From: Elsinoe ampelina
Taxonomy: Eukaryota
DNA length: 64,000 nucleotides
Reading direction: 5' to 3'
Assembly (NCBI GenBank): GCA_010093995.1
Contig: ML992502.1
Coordinates: forward strand, 737,001 to 801,000
Made by a program: the position numbers and the translations under genes. Under the pieces are notes generated by a model. The model was not told where the DNA came from. It did no database searches and saw nothing but the letters and a program-made list of their open reading frames with translations. Every line of letters starts with the position of its first letter. Position 1 is the first letter of the stretch. Shown in pieces: positions 1 through 11,122 of the stretch.

Positions 1-1812
1 GTAGTAAAAGTCCTCTATGCTAGGATACACCTTAAAGGCGCCGCCTTTAGGTAGTTTAAGCCTTATATAAGTAGCTACCTAGATAGATAACTAAGCCTAG
101 ATATAAAGGCTATCTTTAAGAGCTTTAACATCTTTTAGACAAAGATTAAGTAAGTCTTTAACGTATCTAATAAAGAGCGCGTTGCTATAATAAAGATCTA
201 ATAACTATAATAATATAAGTCTATAGCCTAGTACTATTCCTAGTTCTAATAACTTATAATACACCTAGATTAGGATAATAGTACTAAACATTCTATATTC
301 TACTAAGAACTAAGCGACTTAGTTAAAGACTAGATAATACTTAAGCTACCCGACAGCCTTTAGGAATTAGTAGACACTATAATTACTATCGATAATAGAC
401 TTTATAAACGACATATAGAACGTTATAGAGGATATAAGGCAAACACTAGATATATATGTTCCTCTCGAAACTATAGAGACTCTATAGAACTTAACGCTAT
501 ATACGAAGGTTGCCTCTTATAGGTATAAGGCTAAGGCTATAGAGGAAAGTTCCTTAGTAGAAAAGAGAGAGAGAAGTACAGATAAGACAATTTATATTTT
601 AAGTATAAAAGACCTAGGTATTAGGCTAGGAACTACTAACAAGGGGCGCTAGCTAATAGATTATATATAATAGTTACTAGGCTAGTAGAAAAAAAGGCCG
701 ACACTACTATAGAAGACCTAATAACCTTTAGCATAGGTAAGGAAACATAGAAGAAGTCTATAACGACTTAAGAGATAAGAGAATCCTCTCTAAATATTAC
801 ACTTAATATCTCTACGACTAATAGTAAATAACAAAGCTAATATATAACGCTATTATAGATAGTATATTACGATAACTCTTGTTATATTTACTTATTAGAC
901 AAGTAGAGATCTAGTTAGTTTCTATATAAGCTATCTAAGCGTAGGTAACTAACGAAATAGCTAGACTAGGAACCTAACCTAGAAGAGCTCTCTATAATTA
1001 GTAATAACATTAACTAACCTTAGAAGGTAGTTAGCGACAATTACTAATATACAATTATCAAAATAAAGTATTAGGACGCAAGTACTATACAATAATATAG
1101 TAGCCTTACCTTTAGCCCTTATAGTAAACTATAAGGAAAGGTATATTATATATCGCTCTAGAAATGTATAAATCTAAATTACAAATAGTACTATACTATC
1201 TACTTATATAATATACTTAGAGAAGGCGCCGTTAGTCTCGAATATACTATAGACTTCTTAGTAATCGAAATAGGTAGTATTATTCCCTATAGCTAAGTAA
1301 GAGAATATACTTAGTATAGCCTTACTAACTATAACTATACTAGAGGTAGTAGCGATAAAGAGAAATATAACAAAGAATATACTAAACAACTATAATATAA
1401 CAATATAGATAAAGACTTATCTAATAACAAAGACAACGATATACTACTACTAGGCAGACGACTTAAGGCATACCTTATAGAAATATAGAGAAATTATATA
1501 ATAATATATATCTACTACTAGAGTAGGACATAACAAGACGAATCTATATAACTTGCTTTTGTCTTTGACACTAACGTATAGCTCTATCTAGAGAGAATAG
1601 TTATACCGATATAGGTATATAACACTACTTAGTGTAATTAGTAGAGAATTATTAGACTTTATAGTTATTAAGGAACGTAAGTACTAGAAGTATACCTTGT
1701 TATATTAAGTAGCGACAAAACACGACTTACCTAATAGATATAGTACTAATAGTAGATACGTGTAGGAAGGGATTAGCTACTTATCTAAGGAGCTACAATA
1801 ACAAAAAACTAG
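1..1812 (+). pseudogene. gag: gag ORF of Gypsy copy 1 (RIP-destroyed, long C-terminal extension)
   Basis: CCHC knuckle reconstructed as CFECKRPGHRARDC. The same frame ends at ACA AAA AAC TAG (1801-1812). Confidence 0.8.
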
Positions 1813-4800
1813 CTAGTTATTACCTAATAAGGTAAGATAATAACACTAGCTAAAGCCTTAGTATAATAAAGATCTATATGTTAAATTACTTTATACTAGA
1901 AGTCTAGATATAAGGAAGTAAAGTAAGAGCAATAATAGACTTAGGAGCTAACTATAGCTACGTCTCTATAACAATCGCTAATTAGCTTAAACCTTATTAA
2001 TATTAGAAGGAGTTACCTTACTTACTTACTATAGCGAATAGAACCTCTATAGGGAAGAATAGGAAAGTTACTTAGGAACTATAAAACGTTATAATCTAAA
2101 TTAAAATACATACGGAAAAATAATTAATCGATATAGTAAATATATAGTATAATATAGTACTTAGTATAGACTAGCTTTAATAATATAATCTAGACGTAGA
2201 CTAGATTAAAGAAACACTCGAATTTCCTAGGTATAATTATAGAACATAGAAAGTATAATTAGCTCTATAGATACTAACTATAAGGATAGTATAAGTATAA
2301 CTAATAGTTAGAGCTATCGCTAGCGTAAGTAATTAAGTACTTTCGCTGGAATATAAAGACTTTAAGGACTTATTTAAAGAAAGAGAAGGCATTATAGCTT
2401 TACTCTAACATAAACTATAGAATTATAAAATACCTTTTAAAGAGAGTAAATCCCTAATACACTATTAAGGTCTTATACTACTATTAAAATAAGAGGAGAA
2501 TGTTCTTAAGAACTATATCGACAAGTACTTACTTAAAGGATTTATACAACTATTAAAATTACTTATTACATACGGAGTGCTTTTTACACCTAAAAAGGAT
2601 AGAACATTATAAATATATATTAATTACTAGAAACTTAATACACTTACTAGGAAGAATCGCTATCCCCTACTAAGGATTAACAAACTTTAAGACTAACTAC
2701 TTAGAGCTAAATAGTTCACTATAATTGACATTAGGGACGCCTATTATTAAGTATAAATAAAGGAGAGTAAGGAGTAGAAAATAGCTTTTAGAACGTAATA
2801 GAGTCTATATAAGTACCTCGTTATGCTCTTTAGGTTAACTAACACTCCTATAACCTTCTAAGAGTTAATTAATAATACTCTATAAAAATACCTTAATAAC
2901 TTTATCTTAGTATATTTAGATAATATTATTATCTTCTTAAAGATATATAATAAACATGTAAGACATATTCGTAAAGTACTATAGAAACTAAAAGAGAAAG
3001 ACCTACTAGTAAAACTCTCTAAGTATAAGTTTTATAAGTATAAGATACAATTTCTAGGCTATATTATATCTACTAATAGTATTAGACCCGATTCGAAGAA
3101 GATTAAATTAGTAAATAACTAGCTAGAACCTATAATAGTTAAGGAGGTTTAAGCGCTACTAGAGTTCTTTAACTACTACTATAAGTTTATTAAGGGATTC
3201 TCTAAGGTAGCTACGCTAATATCTAACCTTACGAAAAAGAAAACTAGCTTTATCTTTAACGAAAAATGTAGGTAGGCCTTTAAGGAGCTAAAGCTTAGAC
3301 TTATAATAGTACCTGTCCTAGTACTCTTTAACCTAGACTAATAAGCACTACTAGAAATAAATGCCTTAGACTTTGTAATAGAAGCGTATCTAGCATAGAA
3401 GGACATAGAAGAATAATGCTACCTAATTGTATATTACTTACGAAAAATGACCGGACCTAAACTTAACTACGATATATACGATAAGGAATTACTTATAATT
3501 ATAAAAGTATTCCGCGAGTAGAGAGTATACCTAGAAGAAATAACCTTACCTATATAAGTCTATACTAACTATAAGAACCTTCTATATTAGACAATAACTA
3601 AGGTTCTTAATAGATAATAGGTCCGATAGTTAGAAACACTTATAAGCTATAACTTTTAGATCTACTATGTTAAGGAATTAGAGAATAGTAGAGTAGATGC
3701 TCTTAGCTAATAGCCGGATTACTTAAAAAATATAACAATAATAGAGGCCTCTATACTAAAGTAGTAGGATAGTGCTCTAGTCTATAAGTACCCGAAGGTA
3801 GAGTAGTTATATAGCCTTATCTAGGAGCTTATATAAGAACAGAAATAAGAAGTTATTTAAATATACTATAATAACCTAATAGTAGAACATAGTAGGATTA
3901 ATAAGACTATTAAGCTTATTATATAAAACTACCTATAGAAAGAACTCTAAGACAACATTAAGATATATATTACTATATATAATACGTGCTACAAGTCTAA
4001 GTACTTACGATATAAGCTATATAGCCTACTATAACCCTTGTTACTACCTAATAAACTATAGTAATTAGTCACGATAGACTTTATAGGACCTCTACTACTA
4101 TTAGAAGAGTCTCTTATAGGTGTAAAGTATAATAGCATTCTAGTCCTAGTAGATAGATTTACGAAGTATTACTACTTTATACTATATAAGACAATAGTAA
4201 TAGCTAAGGATATAGCCTTTACCTTCCTCCGAATAATTATTTTATAATATAGAGTACTACGAGACCTAATAACTAATAGGGATAAGCTATTTATATTATA
4301 ATTCTAGTAATTATTTATAGACCTACTAGGAGTCAAATATAAGCTATTAACTTCCTTTTATCTATAAATAGATAGACAAACGGAATAGGCAAATTAGGTA
4401 CTAGAATAGTACCTATAATACTACCTAAACTATAAGTAAGACTTATAGGTAATACTACTACCGCTTATAGAACTTGCTATTAATAATAGAAAGTTAGCAA
4501 ATAGAATTTTACTATTCTACGTAAACTATAGAATACACCTAGATCTATACTATAACACACTTAGAATTAAGCTAATATCTAAGGATACTAATATACTAGT
4601 AGCTAACATTAAGAAACTATATAACTAGCTATACTATAATATAGTATTTATATTATAAAGAATAGTAGAGTTTGCTAACTAGAAGAGAATTGTAGGACTA
4701 ATTCTAAGAGAGGGAGAGAAGGTTTATCTCCTTAGTAAGAATATTAAGACTAAAAGACTAAGTAAGAAACTAGACTATACTAAGCTAGGACCTTTTAAAA

Positions 4801-5190
4801 TCCTAGAAAAGAAAAACAAAAACGTATATAAACTAGAACTACTAAGACATATAAGGATCTATCTAGTCTTTTATATATTACTACTAGAGAAAGCACTATA
4901 GAATACTATACCTAGACCTATTAAACTAGATAAAGAAACATAGAAGCTACGGTATAAGATTAAGAGAGTTTTATGTTATAAACTTATAAAAGGAAAACGC
5001 TACTATCTTATTTACTAGAAGGGACATTAGTATAGCGAAGTAATATAGGAACTAGAGAAGTACCTTACCTCGTAAGTAATTTTAGATTACTAGATCGAGA
5101 ACCTATCCTAAGTAAACTAACTAGATAGACCTAGCACTTCTAACACTAAACAAAAACAAGAATGCCTAAGGAAGATTACTTAAGTAATAG
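1803..5190 (+). pseudogene. pol: pol (PR-RT-RH-IN-chromodomain) of Gypsy copy 1; end approximate
   Basis: Protease (1929) and YLDD (2913) share a frame that is -1 relative to gag. Many TAA/TAG codons fall where Gln/Trp/Arg are expected. Confidence 0.92.
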
Positions 5191-5728
5191 AAGCACCTTA
5201 ATCGTTGCTAAATAAAGAACTCTAATTAGAGTTAGGCATAAATAATTACTAATTCTATAGAAGGATAGGATCCACCGACAATAGTATTTTCTTCTACTCT
5301 AAGACTTAAATATAAGTCTCCTCTAGAGAGATTACTTTCTCTGCCTTGTCCTTTAACTTTTATATCTCTTTATATAGGCGAAGCTTATCGCCTATAGCTC
5401 TCTAATGAGCCTCTTTTACCTTTTTATAAGCTTCTTTAGCTTCCTTTCTAGTAGCCTTAGCTATAACTAATTCCTTTCGTAAATAAATATACTTAGACTA
5501 GAGGCGCTACTATTCTAATTTTGTTACTTAAATATTATAACCTAAGTAGTTACTTACGACATACTAGCTATAGATACCCGACCGAATATAGACTTTATAG
5601 TCTAGCCCCTTCAATTTGCAACGAGAATAAGCCTATAGTATATTAGTTCCGAATAGTTCGATAAACTCTAAGAGATTCTTTCGTATAGATATACTAGATT
5701 CCCTATGCCTTTAATAACTAGGAGACAT
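5180..5728 (-). pseudogene. antisense extra ORF of Gypsy copy 1 (Zn2Cys6-like cluster plus coiled coil); end approximate
   Basis: ATG at 5728. Reads ...EFIELFGT...A(C)SRCK.KGLD(C)KV.IRSGI(C)..(C)V... followed by an A/E/K-rich helical stretch. The same ORF is present in the other two copies. Confidence 0.65.
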
Positions 5729-5802
5729 ATTTAGTATATAGCGTAAGAAGATAAGAAAGGACACTTACTTATTAGGACAACTTAATTAAAGGAGGAGAGT
5801 AA

Positions 5803-6265
5803 TGTTATAAACTAGTAGGATAGCTAGAACGTAGGGATATTAGGACTAATTAAGCTACTAAGGTTATTACGTGACCTAGCTCGATATTTACTTAGTTCTC
5901 TATCTTCTCTAGCGGCTCTACCTCTAAAACTATAGAGCGTATAGGTTACTAGCGGACATGTACTCTATATTACCCCTAACTCTTACTATAGAGCATATAG
6001 AGTATATAGAGCACGCGGATTAGAGTATATATATATAGGAATAGTCCTTACCTTATATAAGTACTATAGTTAACCTCGTCTAGATAGTAAACACTAGTAT
6101 TACTAAGGCTAGCCTTTATAATACTATCTAATTGTACTTTATTATCTATAAGATATACCTTCTCTAACTCTTATCTTAGTGCTATACTACTATAGAAGTA
6201 GAACTACCTCGTTCTTAGCTTAGCTTAGACTACTAGTGTAGACTATGTTTAGACAGTTTATAATA
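5803..6265 (+). repeat. 3' LTR of Gypsy copy 1 (463 bp)
   Basis: Starts TGTTATAA right after the polypurine tract and ends GTTTATAATA (RIP form of GTTCGTAACA). Same length and sequence as the four LTRs at 41896-55755. Confidence 0.95.
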
Positions 6266-6793
6266 CTTTAATTAATTAGTAAAGGCTAATTACTTAGTAT
6301 ATATCTACACTATATACTTATTTAGATTTTATATATATTATTATTTTAAGTATATTAGTTATACTACTACTACTTATTAAGCTATCTTATTTGTCTAAAG
6401 CTTAAAGTAAATTACTTTATTATTAAGAAGAGAGAAAGGAAAAGCTATTATAACTCTATTACTAGCTGCTTATACCTAAGCTATATCTACTACTTAGTAC
6501 TATTATTACTTTTAATAATCCCTATCTATTCCCTACCTTAAATTACTTCTTTATAGAAGGAGAACCTCTTTCCTTATTACTACTAGTAGACCTTATAGAA
6601 GTGTTAGATCTAGACCTACTATGCCTTACTAGTGCTAGACCTAGTATAAAGGCATAAATAGGAGAAAGCTAACTAGAGTAGCTAGTAGCTATAATTCTTA
6701 TAAGCTCTACTACATAGTTTATTACTATAGTAGCTAAGTTACGAACCTTAGTAGTAGTTAGGTTAGTAGGATCTATAAAGTTTATAGGGACTA
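6266..6793. repeat. unclassified RIP-degenerate repeat into which Gypsy copy 1 inserted
   Basis: TpA-rich and CpA/TpG-depleted; not part of the Gypsy family sequence. Confidence 0.6.
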
Positions 6794-7643
6794 NNNNNNN
6801 NNNNNNNNNNNNNNNNNNNNNNNNNNNNNNNNNNNNNNNNNNNNNNNNNNNNNNNNNNNNNNNNNNNNNNNNNNNNNNNNNNNNNNNNNNNNNNNNNNNN
6901 NNNNNNNNNNNNNNNNNNNNNNNNNNNNNNNNNNNNNNNNNNNNNNNNNNNNNNNNNNNNNNNNNNNNNNNNNNNNNNNNNNNNNNNNNNNNNNNNNNNN
7001 NNNNNNNNNNNNNNNNNNNNNNNNNNNNNNNNNNNNNNNNNNNNNNNNNNNNNNNNNNNNNNNNNNNNNNNNNNNNNNNNNNNNNNNNNNNNNNNNNNNN
7101 NNNNNNNNNNNNNNNNNNNNNNNNNNNNNNNNNNNNNNNNNNNNNNNNNNNNNNNNNNNNNNNNNNNNNNNNNNNNNNNNNNNNNNNNNNNNNNNNNNNN
7201 NNNNNNNNNNNNNNNNNNNNNNNNNNNNNNNNNNNNNNNNNNNNNNNNNNNNNNNNNNNNNNNNNNNNNNNNNNNNNNNNNNNNNNNNNNNNNNNNNNNN
7301 NNNNNNNNNNNNNNNNNNNNNNNNNNNNNNNNNNNNNNNNNNNNNNNNNNNNNNNNNNNNNNNNNNNNNNNNNNNNNNNNNNNNNNNNNNNNNNNNNNNN
7401 NNNNNNNNNNNNNNNNNNNNNNNNNNNNNNNNNNNNNNNNNNNNNNNNNNNNNNNNNNNNNNNNNNNNNNNNNNNNNNNNNNNNNNNNNNNNNNNNNNNN
7501 NNNNNNNNNNNNNNNNNNNNNNNNNNNNNNNNNNNNNNNNNNNNNNNNNNNNNNNNNNNNNNNNNNNNNNNNNNNNNNNNNNNNNNNNNNNNNNNNNNNN
7601 NNNNNNNNNNNNNNNNNNNNNNNNNNNNNNNNNNNNNNNNNNN
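6794..7643. other. assembly gap (N)
   Basis: Run of N. Confidence 1.
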
Positions 7644-8133
7644 ATTAATATAGTATAGTAAGAAGGTAAAAGTGTTATATAAAAGAAAAGGCTACTACTA
7701 GAAGTATAATAAAGAAAGGAGAAATTATAAAGAGGCTAGTTAGATACTTATATCTCTTTAATTAAGACTTATAAGCTAGTCTATTTATATAAACAATAGC
7801 TGCCTAGCTATTATTAATAGTTACTATTATTACTAGCAATTATAAGCTAAACTAATAGTAAATTCTTACTAATAATTAGCTAACACTAACAATTATAAGC
7901 AATTATAAAGAGATAAAGTAATAAGCTAATTACTTTACTTATATATAATAGGACAGTTCTCTAGCTTTAACAATCTATACTAGAGAGGGAGTGTTGTAAT
8001 AGAAGGCTAGTACAGCTTCTCTAGTACTAAAGAACTAGCACTGATAAGTCAGCGCATGCACAGTAGATAAATCGGTTATTGTAACTCTCTGAATGAAACA
8101 CACGTCTCTCGATCCGATTTGCCAGTTACAACA
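7644..8133 (+). mobile_element. 3' end of a second LTR retrotransposon family (probably Copia-like) with a 142-bp LTR at 7992-8133
   Basis: Polypurine tract AGAGAGGGAG (7982-7991) is followed directly by TGTTGTAA and, 142 bp on, TTACAACA, an 8-bp terminal inverted repeat. RIP fades across the LTR. No coding motif was recognised, so the superfamily is inferred. Confidence 0.7.
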
Positions 8134-8597
8134 CACAGTTCAGGACGAGCTTAATTCATATCTCCAACGACGCAAATCGTGAACGTCGCATTCCAACCAA
8201 GAACCAGATCGCCATGGTGCATCGCTGCTCCCTGGAAATATGGCTGGTGCATAGCATGCATGACCTGCAACCGGTTGTCTGGTGCCGTCGGTTTCTGGGG
8301 TGGCTGGACGGCAAAAGTTTAAAACGGCGCTTCCCGCCATCTCTGTTCCCTCACCACCACAAAAAACGGTCATACCAGGCACGCCAGCCATCTGCCGCCC
8401 AACTTTCATATATCTCGTCAGGAATTTTTAGGGTAAGAGAAACATTCTATTTCCTATTCCAACAGAAACCACCTCTTCTACAAACACCCTTTATCCTTCT
8501 TCACCAGACAAAGACAAGTCGAGCACATTACCCAGAGGAGGCCTGACTGTCATCCACCTTCGATAACTATCCTTCTGCTTTTCTACTTCACAGCAAG

Positions 8598-9575
8598 ATG
8601 CGTTTCTCTACAAGCTCTGCTGTCCTTACCCTCTCGTGTCTCAGCTTCGCGGTGAATGCCCTTCCTGTGACCTACTCGATAGTCGACGTTGATGGCGGCA
8701 ATGCAGCTCCAACCAAAGAGCCAGAGCCCGAAACCAAGACGGTGACCGATGTTGCACCCACAAAGGCACCCGTCACTATCATACAAACAGTCACAGTGTC
8801 TGATGAGTCGAAGCCAACGCCGAAGCCTTCACCATCAGTGGTCGACAATGATGAGCCAACCAGTAGCGAGAAGCCAAAGACCGTGGTTGTCATCGAGACG
8901 ATAGCTGTCCAGCCGGTGCCTGTCATCACATCACAAGCGTCTCGACCAAGTACCACCGCAGCAAGCACATCTTCAACATCATCTTCATCGTCAAGATCGT
9001 CTAAGAGCTCGACAAGCAGCTCTACCAAAGAGGAGAAGACCACAAAGTCAACTGCCGCAAGCACATCGTCCTCGACATCTTCGGCACCAGCTTCATCGGC
9101 GAGCGTCCAAACCAGCTCCGTGACTAACGCAGCACCGTCTACTATCGCACCAACTACAACGAGTTTCTACCCCCTCCCGAGCTCGACCTACACATACCAA
9201 AACACCTCCATCATTTCAAACACCACAAGCACTCCCGCGACTTCTACCTCAGCTTTGGCAACCCACTCGCCCATCAAGCTTCTTCCGACCACCTTCGCGA
9301 CTTTCACCTCCACTGCGGAGGAGTCATCATCTACCATTTCCACCACCTCTTCAGTCTCGTATGACGATGGCATGTGGAAGACTTACTACCCACCCAAGCC
9401 TACCTCCACCACCACCACCGGACTCGCATCCTCGACTACCGAAGCAAGCACTTCCACAACCGAGACCACCACCTCCTTTCCCAGCGCATACCCCACCTTC
9501 AATGTCGTCAGCTGGAACCTGACACGCACAACTAGGCGACCACAGGATGTAGAGCATTTTTGGGAGCAAACATAA
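8598..9575 (+). CDS. secreted Ser/Thr/Pro-rich (mucin-like/cell-surface) protein
   Basis: 325-aa ORF with a signal peptide (MRFSTSSAVLTLSCLSFAVNA/LP) and a low-complexity S/T body. Confidence 0.8.
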   Translation: MRFSTSSAVLTLSCLSFAVNALPVTYSIVDVDGGNAAPTKEPEPETKTVTDVAPTKAPVTIIQTVTVSDESKPTPKPSPSVVDNDEPTSSEKPKTVVVIETIAVQPVPVITSQASRPSTTAASTSSTSSSSSRSSKSSTSSSTKEEKTTKSTAASTSSSTSSAPASSASVQTSSVTNAAPSTIAPTTTSFYPLPSSTYTYQNTSIISNTTSTPATSTSALATHSPIKLLPTTFATFTSTAEESSSTISTTSSVSYDDGMWKTYYPPKPTSTTTTGLASSTTEASTSTTETTTSFPSAYPTFNVVSWNLTRTTRRPQDVEHFWEQT

Positions 9576-11122
9576 ACACGACTAGCGAGGGACAGGAATC
9601 CCGTGAGAACACTAATGGTTCATGACAAGCGTTCAAGCGAAGCATATGGCATATAGCGTAGGACAATCGCCCAAAGAAGGCTCAGATGTATAGATTAGAT
9701 ATGATAATGGCAAACAATCAAATAAATAAACAATACCTATACCCTGCATCTTAGTGCTCGTGATGATTAGTGCTGATACTCGTAGAATGCTGGAGACCAA
9801 AGTACTGGTGAGGAGACAGGTATCAAAGCAGGATCACAGCTGTGACAACCATGCCTAGCAACCAACAGCACGTCGTCAACCCACTAGCGCCGCCAGTGAA
9901 ATGCAGCACGCCAGACTCGTTCCTCACCACAGTGCCAAGTGCGGCAGCGTTTCCAGCGTCGTCTCCTGGATTCCATAGTCCTGGCACTGCTCCTGGCTAA
10001 TCAGGTCGTGATCACCTCTCAGTCCCGCCATGGTTATCTCCCATGCCCAGAGTCTGCTGTGGTGGTAAGGCCATGGTCTCGTCGCCTGCGACTAGGATGG
10101 CGTCGCCTTGGGAGTTGGTAGTGAGCACAACTGAGGAGGGAGGAGGCGGGAATAAAATGGAGATCAGCTACTGTGATCATGCTCGCTTGGAGACAAATAC
10201 TGTCCCTGAGCTCAGCAGTAGTGCATACATCATGCAACGCATTTGCCACCGAGGAGATCTGATGTACTGATGGAGATAAGGCAGCGACACCGACATGCAA
10301 TGGCGTCGAGCGGGATGTTGACTTCTGCATTAGGCCAAAACGTGAAGCTCCACACTGTGGACGCTAACATAGTGTTATTTATAGGCTGACACGGGAGATC
10401 ACGGTCTTCGATTTAAGGTCGAAGAAATATGAGCTCTGTGTGTCGCCGAAGGCGAGTGTGACTTCAGCTCCACGAGGAAATGAACCCATACCTCGAAGCG
10501 AGCCTATTGCTACATTGAGAGAGGATGAACCAATGACGTACTCGAAAGTCTAGGGGTACACCGCACTTTTGATCGAGATGTTTCGTTTGTACGGTAAGGG
10601 CAAGTCAGGCTTATGGAGAACGTCTCCAGCCAAATCGATGCTTGTCATGTTCTGGCCCGCATCCTAGAGCATTCTCTATTCCTTGATTTCAGCGTATCCA
10701 GCAGACGATCCCCCGACTGTCGCCTGATGTAGTATAGAGGCCTCTCATTGGCCACTTCAACTGGCACGAGCCCGGTGACCGACGAATTCGCCGACACAGG
10801 CATCTCACTATCATGATAAGGGGCCCGTTTTGACGGTCTCGGTCGAGATGACTTGCCTATCATCTGCAATGATGCGGCCGAATCCCCTCTTCCGTTGACC
10901 GGGGTTTCCTATCTATTTCGCGACGAATCCCACGTTCTAACCAGCCGCGGTCCTGGCAGATTGAGCTGCTACGGGAAGACCATATTTTAGATACTGTGCA
11001 AAGGTCCACGCACAGCGCAAAGGCGAATATTGGTAGATTTTGCAAACCCGTCAATTGCGCTTTCAGAACTTCTCAGCATTCGACCGTCGTCCTGACACTG
11101 ACAGCCACGATGCGAGCTGACC

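Larger units (their letters stand above)
1..6265 (+). mobile_element. RIP-inactivated Ty3/Gypsy (chromovirus) LTR retrotransposon, copy 1, truncated at its 5' end by the window edge
   Basis: Very TpA-rich. De-RIP reading gives a gag zinc knuckle (~589-636), protease AMIDSGA (~1929), RT motifs (RYPLPRI, KTAFRT, MPFGLTNAP, YLDD at 2913), RNase H (ETDASD, HDKELL), integrase (DFIGPLP, HPQTDGQTE, GPF) and a chromodomain (~4955-5067). A polypurine tract (~5788-5800) precedes the LTR. Colinear with the copies at 41896-55755. Confidence 0.97.

Noticed and set aside
5990..6020. 10-bp tandem GAGYATATAG units in the LTR as an independent array
   Set aside because: An internal LTR motif shared by all copies, not a CRISPR or satellite array.
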